Shown here piece by piece: positions 53,614 to 64,000 of a stretch of DNA of 64,000 nt. The stretch comes from Clostridia bacterium (GTDB taxonomy: Bacteria > Bacillota > Clostridia > Oscillospirales > CAG-272). Both the position numbers and the translations under genes were made by a program. The stretch covers positions 2,758 through 66,757 of the forward strand of contig JAKSPY010000001.1 in the NCBI GenBank assembly GCA_024404445.1, read 5' to 3'. How positions within the stretch are numbered: position 1 is the stretch's first letter; every line of letters begins with the position of its first letter. The notes beneath the pieces were generated by a model. The model searched no databases, was not told where the DNA came from, and was given only the letters and a program-made list of their open reading frames with translations.

Positions 53614-55188
53614 ATGGAAAACAAAATACCGGCAGGACTTATCCGCGCCTCTGAGCTCAGCATAAAAAAAGACCTTCCGCGCGATGAGGCGGTAACGGTC
53701 GATCCGCGCGAAAATCAGCAGCCCGGCGGCGTTTCCATACCGCCGAGGCAAGATATGCCGAAGGAGCCGGAACGCGTCAGCCTCGCCGGGTCATACGACG
53801 GCACCGGCTTGATAAAAAGGATCGATATCGTGGATTGGCAGACGAGATTTTCGTTTTACACGGGATTCAGACGCACTGCCGAGCACCTGTGGAATAAAAC
53901 GTGCGATCCGTGCGATTTCGTGCCGTTTTTCTCATATATGCCGCTGTATGAACAGCTGGACAAATCTCAATTGCATTACTATCTGTATTGGCGTCATTGC
54001 GCGCGTCGCGGCACTTATCTGCGCACATCGTGCAGCTATGTTTTTCTGTTCGTTTATGAAATAATCAATATCGGGCCGTGCCCGCAAAATCCCCACGGCG
54101 CCGAAACAATCGCACTTTTGTGGAAAGCATACAGAGATGAATTCAAATATTTAGATAAATACATATGTACGTGGCTTGCCGACTATTGTCTGATCTATCG
54201 CGTACCGTTGCCGGTCGATATCATAGCACCGTTCATATCCGATGTCGTCGCATCGGCACCGTTGCCGGAGCTGTACATGAGCGCGGATTCCGGTGACGAT
54301 CTGTATTCGATCCTTTGCATGGCCGCGTCGCTTGATCACACGAAGAGCAAATATTATCCGCAGCACAGCGATTTGTATGATACTCATATGCCCGCGGCAG
54401 TGAGATACGCGCTTTCCGTGGGCCTCGGCGACGGCCGTGCCGATGAATACCTGTATGAGGCTCATTCGATGTGGGACAGCTTTTCAGGCGCGGCAGTTAC
54501 GTCGGACGCGAAATATCATATTTCCGTGACTTATCTGTCGTACAGAAGATCGCCGGAGCTGAAGGCTATTGTTGTTCTGACCGCCAAGGCCTGCGAGAAC
54601 AGATTGCGCGCCTACATAGGACTGAAATCCCGATTCAACGTGGATAAATTGCCGTATCACATAAAAAAAGCCGTTGATGCCTATTTTGATGAGCATCTGC
54701 CGACGGAAGATCACAAAACAGCGCAGGAGATACCGGAGTATCTGTCGTATTATGAGCCGACGCAGACGGGCGAGGCGGATATCGAACGTGCGCTGAATAT
54801 TGAGAACGACGCGTGGTCGACCGCGGTTTTGCTCGATGGTGATAACCTCACCGTTGATGACGGCTCTGAACGTGAGCAATTGAGCGACATTACAAATAAT
54901 ACATTTGTATTAAATGAAAATTTCTCGCAGGACAATGAGTTTTCGGATTTTGTCAGTTCGCTCGACGATACTGAAATCTCACTGCTGTCAGCCGCTTGTG
55001 ACGGTACGTTCGTTGACCGATGCCGTGCACTCGGCTTGATGCCGTCTCAGGCACAGCAGACTGTCAACGACAAGGCGCTTGACACGGTCGGCGATTGCGT
55101 AATCGACGGCGGGGCGCTTATTGAGGATTACAGAGACGATATTCTATCTGCACTGAATGAACGAGGTGAAAATGGAAGACAAGTATAA
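53614..55188 (+). CDS. TerB-N / TerB-C domain protein
   Basis: FVPFFSYMPLYEQLDKSQLHYYLYWRHCARRGTYLRTSCSYVFLFVYEIINI matches the TerB-N consensus as I recall it. The C-terminal LDDTEISLLSAA...VNDKALDTVGDCVIDGGALIEDYRDDI matches TerB-C. RBS GGGAGG. Confidence 0.7.
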   Translation: MENKIPAGLIRASELSIKKDLPRDEAVTVDPRENQQPGGVSIPPRQDMPKEPERVSLAGSYDGTGLIKRIDIVDWQTRFSFYTGFRRTAEHLWNKTCDPCDFVPFFSYMPLYEQLDKSQLHYYLYWRHCARRGTYLRTSCSYVFLFVYEIINIGPCPQNPHGAETIALLWKAYRDEFKYLDKYICTWLADYCLIYRVPLPVDIIAPFISDVVASAPLPELYMSADSGDDLYSILCMAASLDHTKSKYYPQHSDLYDTHMPAAVRYALSVGLGDGRADEYLYEAHSMWDSFSGAAVTSDAKYHISVTYLSYRRSPELKAIVVLTAKACENRLRAYIGLKSRFNVDKLPYHIKKAVDAYFDEHLPTEDHKTAQEIPEYLSYYEPTQTGEADIERALNIENDAWSTAVLLDGDNLTVDDGSEREQLSDITNNTFVLNENFSQDNEFSDFVSSLDDTEISLLSAACDGTFVDRCRALGLMPSQAQQTVNDKALDTVGDCVIDGGALIEDYRDDILSALNERGENGRQV

Positions 55189-56500
55189 AATACCGAAAAG
55201 GATACTGACGTCGCTTCTTTCCGCCATGTCTGCGGGCGTTGTCCCGCGCGTCGGCGCGCCGTATATCGCCATCGGACGTACCGCCGAGATATCGGCCTTG
55301 TGTCGCGACCTTGATACGGTTGCGGACGGCGGCTCTGTGACGCGGTTCATCATCGGCCATTACGGAAGCGGAAAAAGCTTTCTGATCCAGCTGATGCGAG
55401 GATATTCCGTTGAGCACGGCTTTGTCTGCGCAGATGCCGATCTGTCGCCCGAACGGCGCCTGTCGTCCTCCGGCGGCGGTGGACTCGCGACCTACCGCGA
55501 GCTGATAAAGGATCTGTCGATACGTTCGTGTCCCGACGGCGGGGCATTGCAGACGCTGATCGAAAAGTGGCTTTCCGACGTCAGAAACGACGTGATCTCG
55601 TCAGGTGTTTCACCGGACGAACCCGGATTTGCCGGGGAGCTTGAACGCCGGATTTACGACGTTATGCACTCGATAGAGACCGGTGTTGGCGCATTTGACT
55701 TTGCAAAAGTCATCGTGACGTATTACCGCGCCTATCTGGATATGAATGATGAGCGTATGTCGTCGTGCTTGCGCTGGTTGCGCGGTGAGTTCACCACACG
55801 CACCGAGGCGCGTGCCGTGCTGGGCGTCACGTCGATAATCAACGACGACAATTGGTATGATTACATTAAGCTTCTGGCACGCTTTGTACGCGTCATCGGA
55901 TACGGCGGGCTGATAGTTTTCATCGACGAGTGTGTGAATCTGTTCAAAATTCCCAACAGAGTATCGCGTGAGAATAACTATGAAAAGATACTGTCGATAT
56001 TCAATGACACGTTGCAGGGAAAGGCGGAGGGTCTGTGCGTCATCTTTGCGGGCACACCGCAATTCCTTGAGGATAAGCACAGAGGCCTGTTCAGCTATGA
56101 GGCTCTGCGTTCGCGTCTGAACGATACCATGTTTACGCAAAACGGCGGCGAATACCGTGAAACACAGCCGATGTTCGGCCCCGTGATGAGGTTGAAACGC
56201 CTGTCAAACGATGAATTGCTGGCGCTGATCGCCCGTGTGACCGTGCTGTTCGGTCAATGCTACGGCAAGGTCGACGTCGAGCCGGAGCAGATGAAGGCAT
56301 TCCTCGACTATATGCTGTCGCGTGTCGGCGCGGATGTGAAAATCACCCCGCGTGAGCTGATACGTTCGTATCTGACGGCGCTCGGCATCATTATGACCGA
56401 TAAAACGAAGACACTGACAGACGTGTGCGGCATTGTCGCACCGACGCAAAGCGATGAGCCGGATGACGGTGAATTCGATGCGGAGTCAATACGAATATAA
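55172..56500 (+). CDS. BrxD-like (DUF2791) P-loop ATPase
   Basis: ILTSLLSAMSAGVVPRVGAPYIAIGRTAEISALCRDLD...FIIGHYGSGKSFL (Walker A), DLSPERRL, and LIVFIDEC (Walker B). Start at ATG 55172, after GAGGTG, overlapping the TerB gene by 17 nt. Confidence 0.7.
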   Translation: MEDKYKIPKRILTSLLSAMSAGVVPRVGAPYIAIGRTAEISALCRDLDTVADGGSVTRFIIGHYGSGKSFLIQLMRGYSVEHGFVCADADLSPERRLSSSGGGGLATYRELIKDLSIRSCPDGGALQTLIEKWLSDVRNDVISSGVSPDEPGFAGELERRIYDVMHSIETGVGAFDFAKVIVTYYRAYLDMNDERMSSCLRWLRGEFTTRTEARAVLGVTSIINDDNWYDYIKLLARFVRVIGYGGLIVFIDECVNLFKIPNRVSRENNYEKILSIFNDTLQGKAEGLCVIFAGTPQFLEDKHRGLFSYEALRSRLNDTMFTQNGGEYRETQPMFGPVMRLKRLSNDELLALIARVTVLFGQCYGKVDVEPEQMKAFLDYMLSRVGADVKITPRELIRSYLTALGIIMTDKTKTLTDVCGIVAPTQSDEPDDGEFDAESIRI

Positions 56501-59449
<2,949 letters not shown>

Positions 59450-59502
59450 TACGATTGTATAAAATAAAAGCCGCAGATCACGGCGGTTTTTGTGAGGTTG
59501 AT

Positions 59503-60309
59503 ATGAAATTCGGATTGCCGACATTGATAGAGTGTCGCGACGTGCGCGAATGCTCTGATCTCGCATTGTCGCTCGGACTTGATTTCGTGGAAATAAATAT
59601 GTCGTTCCCGCAGTATCTGCCGCAGGCGCTGTCGGTCAGCTCGCTTGACCGTCTGCGCACCGAAAGCGGGATAGACTATACCGTACACATGAATGAAACG
59701 GTCGATCCGTTTGATTACGATCTCGACGTGTCAGCCGCGTGTTTTAAGGTCGCCGAAAAGACGATCGCGTTTGCGCGCGCGCTTGGAATAAGGGTGGTAA
59801 ATATGCACCTTTTGCCGGGCGTGTACGTGACCTTGCCCGACAGGCGCGTGTACCTGCACGACACTTATCTCGATGAATATTCGGATAAGGTCAGACGCTT
59901 CGGCGAGATGTGCGCACGTGCGGTCGGCGACAGCAATCTGAAGATATGTATTGAGAACACCGACACACCGAAGAACGGTTGGACCTCCGCCTGCCGTGCC
60001 GCGATCGATTGCCTCATGGATTATGACGTTTTCGGGCTGACGCTTGATACCGGACATGATTTTATCGCCGATCACGGGGATATGGATGTATTTGATAAGT
60101 ACCGCGATCGCATATATCATATGCACCTGCACGACGCGTCGCACGATCGCGGCGCTCACCTTGCGCTCGGCAACGGCGGCGTTGACATCAACGGTATGCT
60201 CGGTATGGCACGTGAGCGCGACGCCTCCTGCCTTATCGAGGTAAAGACCGTCGCCGGACTGAATGAATCCGCAGAGTACCTGCAAAAACGCGGATATATC
60301 GGCAGTTAG
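59503..60309 (+). CDS. sugar phosphate isomerase/epimerase (xylose isomerase-like TIM barrel)
   Basis: AP-endonuclease-2/TIM pattern: VEINM, VVNMHL, ICIENT, LDTGHD and HMHLHD. Start at ATG 59503. Its TAG stop overlaps the stop of convergent spoVB. Confidence 0.6.
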   Translation: MKFGLPTLIECRDVRECSDLALSLGLDFVEINMSFPQYLPQALSVSSLDRLRTESGIDYTVHMNETVDPFDYDLDVSAACFKVAEKTIAFARALGIRVVNMHLLPGVYVTLPDRRVYLHDTYLDEYSDKVRRFGEMCARAVGDSNLKICIENTDTPKNGWTSACRAAIDCLMDYDVFGLTLDTGHDFIADHGDMDVFDKYRDRIYHMHLHDASHDRGAHLALGNGGVDINGMLGMARERDASCLIEVKTVAGLNESAEYLQKRGYIGS

Positions 60310-61859
60310 TTGCTTTTGACTGTCACGGCGGACCTCAGCCATTTCGTGTCGTCGCTGTTGACTGCGCCGCACAGCCTGAGCAATGCCAAATACATCGCCG
60401 ATTGAATTACGATGCCACCGGCGAGAATAAGGCCATTGTCATAGCTGACGAACATCCCGGAAATATATGCGGCGGCAGACGATGCCGCACCGCAGATCAG
60501 CGGCATGATCAGACATTCCGACAGATCGACGCGGAATCCGACCACCTTTTTCAGCCGTGCCAGACTCAGCGCGCCGTTCAGTATTTCCGTCACAAATATT
60601 GTGATGACATAACCGTCGATGCCCAATTCCGGCACGGCTATCAACACGAGCACGACACTGACAGCGGCATCTATTATGTTGTATTCCATTGACGCCAGCT
60701 GTTCGCCCAGCCCCTTGAGCATACCGTCGACGATGGTGTCAAGGTACATTACCGGGATTATCAGCGACAGTATGCGTATGTACTTGCCGGTTTCATAATT
60801 GCCGTATATCACCTCGCCCAGATACGGTGCGAACGCGAACATGACGGCCGCTGTACCGAGTGAGAATATCAGTCCGAATTTCACGGAGCGCCGCGCTATA
60901 TACGATATATGCACGTCGCCGCGTATCCTGTCGCGCTGGGCCGCCAGCTCAGACAATTCCGGCACGATCAGCGTCGCATATACCGCGCTGACAGCGGCAG
61001 GGAACAGTACGATCGGTAAAGCCATGCCGTGCACTACGCCGTAGGCCGCAAGTGACGTCGACAGGTCGGCACCATACTTTCTCATTCCGCGCGGTATCAG
61101 GACGTGCTCTATCGTCGTCAGACCGCTGCGCAGGTATGAGCTTAATGCGATAGGTACGGCTATGCCTATCATGCGGCGCGTCAGTGCCGGTGATCCACTG
61201 ACGTTTTTCGGTCTGATATGCTTTTTCTTGTCGATCAGATAAAATATCAGAAGATAAGCGAATGACAGCCCCTCGGATATGCACGTTCCGCCGACGAGCG
61301 CGGCACAGGCATACTCGGTACCGCGCGGCAACATCGCGCCCAGCAATGCGACAGTCACGGCGATCTTTATGAACTGTTCTATCACGTTTGACGACGCGGA
61401 TTTATATGCGCGTCTGACGGCATTGAAATATCCGGCGAATACATTGGATATCGCGATGAACGGCAGTGCCAGCGCAAAGAATCGCAGTGAAAGGTACGTC
61501 CTTCCGTCGCCCAACAGCTCATCGGCGATATATCTCGCGCCGAAAAACAGCGACAGCGAGGATACTGATCCGAATATTGCCGCGTAGATCAGACACCTTC
61601 GCATTGCGCCTATCGCGCCCTTTCCGTTTTCGAGCGCGAGCTCTTCACTGACCAGACGGGTGACGGCCAGATTTATGCCCGACGTTGCCAGGGTGACGGC
61701 GAAAATATACGCGCTGGATGTCAGTGCGTACAGCCCCATGCCCTCGGCACCGATCTTATTGGATACATAGGCATTGAATATGACTGCTATTGCGCGGTTG
61801 AGTATCGTGACGCCGCCGAGTATGAGCGCGTTAAGCGTGAAATTTTTCAGTCTGTTCAT
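60306..61859 (-). CDS. spoVB: stage V sporulation protein B-like MOP-superfamily flippase
   Basis: 517 aa with about 14 TM segments. The N-terminus NALILGGVTILNRAIAVIFNAYVSNKIGAEGMGLY resembles SpoVB / polysaccharide biosynthesis proteins. Confidence 0.65.
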   Translation of the reverse strand: MNRLKNFTLNALILGGVTILNRAIAVIFNAYVSNKIGAEGMGLYALTSSAYIFAVTLATSGINLAVTRLVSEELALENGKGAIGAMRRCLIYAAIFGSVSSLSLFFGARYIADELLGDGRTYLSLRFFALALPFIAISNVFAGYFNAVRRAYKSASSNVIEQFIKIAVTVALLGAMLPRGTEYACAALVGGTCISEGLSFAYLLIFYLIDKKKHIRPKNVSGSPALTRRMIGIAVPIALSSYLRSGLTTIEHVLIPRGMRKYGADLSTSLAAYGVVHGMALPIVLFPAAVSAVYATLIVPELSELAAQRDRIRGDVHISYIARRSVKFGLIFSLGTAAVMFAFAPYLGEVIYGNYETGKYIRILSLIIPVMYLDTIVDGMLKGLGEQLASMEYNIIDAAVSVVLVLIAVPELGIDGYVITIFVTEILNGALSLARLKKVVGFRVDLSECLIMPLICGAASSAAAYISGMFVSYDNGLILAGGIVIQSAMYLALLRLCGAVNSDDTKWLRSAVTVKSN

Positions 61860-61936
61860 TGTTATCCGTGTGTTTACGGTATATAATAGTATATACGCTT
61901 GATATACAACAATAGTATTCTGTTCGGAGGATTATT

Positions 61937-62854
61937 ATGCTAAAATCGGCAAAAGCGGTAAAAATACTGTCGGACGTGGCGTTTCTGCTTTTGGGTAGCG
62001 TGCTTTTTGCCGCCGCGTTCGATATGTTTCTGACGCCCGGCAACGTGTGTATAGGCGGTGCCGGCGGTATCGCAACGATACTGTATTCCAAATTCGGCCT
62101 GCCGACCGGTACGATGATCTTTGCCATAAATCTGCCGTTGATGGTGGCGTTTATGATCTGCTACGGTTATAGGGCGGTGGTAAAAACAGTCATCGGCGTT
62201 ACGGTATCGTCTGCGATGGTCGATATTTTTGCGCTTTTACAGATTTTCCCGCAGGCCATCGCCAATCCGGAGGAGAATAAGCTTTTGTGCGCTCTGTTCG
62301 GCGGTATAACGGTCGGCGCGGCGATAGGTATAATGTTTACGCGCGGCTATACTACGGGCGGCACGGATATCGTCGCATTTTTGCTGAAGATCAAATTCAA
62401 ACATCTGCCCACCTCAAAGCTGATAATGATAACCGACGGTATCATTATCGTAGTCGCGGCGATAGCGTTGAAGGATATTCAGATAGTTTTCTATTCGCTT
62501 GTGTCGATATTTATGAGTACGAGCACGATCACGATCGTCACGGGCGGATTCGATAAGGGCAGATTGGTGTATGTCTTTTCGGACAAGTATGCGCTGATCG
62601 CCGACAAGGTCGCGACGACGCTGGCCCGCGGTGTGACGCTGATCGACGGTATCGGCTGGTATACGAAGCGACCGTGCCGCATCGTCATGTGCGTCGTCAA
62701 AAGGAATGAGGTTTACGCCATCAAAACGATTGCAAAGTCGATAGATCCGTCCGCGTTTATCATTACCTCTGAGGCGACAGAAACGATCGGCATCGGATTC
62801 AAACAGAGCGTCGAGGACATAGATGCCATGCAGGCGAAAAAATCCGACAAGTAA
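61937..62854 (+). CDS. YitT-family membrane protein (DUF2179 C-terminal domain)
   Basis: GYTTGGTDIVAFLL motif, five TM segments, and a C-terminal soluble DUF2179-like domain (GVTLIDGIGWYT...AFIITSEA). Confidence 0.75.
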   Translation: MLKSAKAVKILSDVAFLLLGSVLFAAAFDMFLTPGNVCIGGAGGIATILYSKFGLPTGTMIFAINLPLMVAFMICYGYRAVVKTVIGVTVSSAMVDIFALLQIFPQAIANPEENKLLCALFGGITVGAAIGIMFTRGYTTGGTDIVAFLLKIKFKHLPTSKLIMITDGIIIVVAAIALKDIQIVFYSLVSIFMSTSTITIVTGGFDKGRLVYVFSDKYALIADKVATTLARGVTLIDGIGWYTKRPCRIVMCVVKRNEVYAIKTIAKSIDPSAFIITSEATETIGIGFKQSVEDIDAMQAKKSDK

Positions 62855-62986
62855 AGTCTGCCGAACAATCGCTCCTGCGGGAGCATTTCCGTTATATTTG
62901 ATAATGTCGCGTCGTTATGCGGCAATTTGGCACCATAACTGTTCAGCGTTATTGATTGACTGTCAGCAGGTAAAAACAAAAAATCA

Positions 62987-63024
62987 GCCGGCACAAGCAT
63001 TTTTCGCTTGTGCCGGCAATTTTA
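62987..63024. terminator. bidirectional rho-independent terminator
   Basis: gccggcacaagc / atttttc loop / gcttgtgccggc is a perfect 12-bp stem, flanked by aaaaaatca and aatttta. Confidence 0.75.
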
Positions 63025-63052
63025 TACATATGTATATTTTACTGTGGGAGCA

Positions 63053-63892
63053 TTATTTCCGATTTTGCTTGGCCTCAATTATGTCGATCAACTGACCGAC
63101 CGCACCGTCCACGCATTTGCACAGATGTATGTCGCACAACGACTTGACCGTATCGGTCGCGTTTTCGGGGCACGCGGCCACGTCTGCGAATTTCAGCATA
63201 TCTATGTCGTTGTCAAAGTCGCCGACGCACCACAGCTCGATCTGCGGATTCGTTTTTGCGTGTTTGTCGCGCAGATACTTCAGCTGATATGCCTTGGAAA
63301 TACCGGGCTTCAGCACCTCCAATATTTTCTCCGACGACATCGTGAAGTCGAATACTCCGCGGTACTTTTCGCGTACGTACGCACCTACCACCGATATCCG
63401 CGCCGGGTCGCCGGTTATGACCGTTTTGAAATGACGATAATTATAAAACTCGTCGATGCCGACTGCCGTCGCATATTTCATCAGACCGCCGCGCTTCAGA
63501 TCATTGGCGATATATTCATCTGTGTCGCGTATGATAAAGCCGACATCGCACGACGTGCGTATTCCGACGTCGGGAAAAACTTCACCGATATCGATTAACA
63601 TGGGTATCAGTTTGGAATTATCCAAAAATACCGGGTTTTCTATTTCGTCGGTATGTATGTCGTATAATATTGCGCCGTTGCACAGCACGCACGCCTCATT
63701 TATCAGCTCCTCCGTGCCTGCCACGACGGTGTGGATATCCTTACTGTTGCGTCCCGACGAAAAGAGAAATTTGCCGCCGTTTTGATTGAAATATCTGACC
63801 TTTTCAATATTATACGGGTGTATCGTTCCGTTTCGCCCGACGAATGTGCCGTCGATATCCGATGCAAGTATATAATTGTCGAATTTACCCAT
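63053..63892 (-). CDS. Cof-type HAD-IIB phosphatase
   Basis: Motif I is ASDIDGTF. Motif IV is GDFDNDIDM. The length and cap region fit Cof-like hydrolases. Confidence 0.75.
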   Translation of the reverse strand: MGKFDNYILASDIDGTFVGRNGTIHPYNIEKVRYFNQNGGKFLFSSGRNSKDIHTVVAGTEELINEACVLCNGAILYDIHTDEIENPVFLDNSKLIPMLIDIGEVFPDVGIRTSCDVGFIIRDTDEYIANDLKRGGLMKYATAVGIDEFYNYRHFKTVITGDPARISVVGAYVREKYRGVFDFTMSSEKILEVLKPGISKAYQLKYLRDKHAKTNPQIELWCVGDFDNDIDMLKFADVAACPENATDTVKSLCDIHLCKCVDGAVGQLIDIIEAKQNRK

Positions 63893-64000
63893 TTTGGCCT
63901 CTCATCAGTTCAAGTATGCGTGAAAAATAATCCGGCAACGGCGACGTGAAATGCATCGGCTCTTTTGTGCGCGGATGCACGAACGTCAATTCTGCGGCGT
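63885..64000 (-). CDS. RluA-family pseudouridine synthase, C-terminal fragment (gene continues beyond the window)
   Basis: I translated this by hand on the minus strand: AAELTFVHPRTKEPMHFTSPLPDYFSRILELMRGQNG*. This is the typical RluA/RluD C-terminus. Its stop overlaps the HAD start (ATGGGTAA). It is absent from the ORF track because the start lies outside the window. Confidence 0.6.
   Translation of the reverse strand, partial: AAELTFVHPRTKEPMHFTSPLPDYFSRILELMRGQNG

Overview
This is a 64-kb chromosomal window from a moderately GC-rich, endospore-forming Firmicute. By gene content it looks like Clostridia, possibly Oscillospiraceae or Ruminococcaceae, but that taxonomic call is inference only. 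I call 54 protein-coding genes, densely packed. I found no rRNA or tRNA genes, no CRISPR array, and no transposase, integrase or phage genes.

Most of the window is housekeeping and sporulation backbone:
- Replication, repair and topology: dinB with a textbook LexA-controlled promoter, dprA-topA, parE-parC, addB.
- Translation and RNA modification: infC-rpmI-rplT behind an L20-leader-like attenuator, rplS, rbfA-nrnA-truB, tadA, a TrmH-family methyltransferase, a QueG-like reductase and a partial RluA-family gene.
- Cell wall and chaperone: murC, hslO.
- Sporulation and germination: spoIVA, spoVG, an uninterrupted sigK, spoVB, a SleC-like cortex lytic enzyme and a GerA-type receptor.

The accessory-looking parts are:
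1. 6-8591: a ribokinase flanked by a cytoplasmic and a surface-anchored ADP-ribosylglycohydrolase paralog, plus a 1252-aa exported LamG-esterase-metallophosphoesterase chimera.
2. 21284-24296: a lipoprotein-GH130-7TM operon and a small YD-repeat lipoprotein.
3. 24364-28011: a gntP, glycerate 2-kinase and tartronate semialdehyde reductase operon.
4. 30021-30653: a degenerate-receiver OmpR-type regulator embedded in a parE-parC-X-tadA operon.
5. 43230-45593: a SleC whose N-terminal pro-region is a separate gene.
6. 53548-56500: a TerB-N/TerB-C protein plus a BrxD-like (DUF2791) ATPase pair behind a perfect consensus promoter. It resembles the Shango defence system without its helicase.

The TerB-ATPase pair is my best candidate for an uncharacterised system. 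The ARH-ribokinase locus is second.

All functional calls rest on motif recognition in the supplied translations and on my memory of the families. No database search was run.
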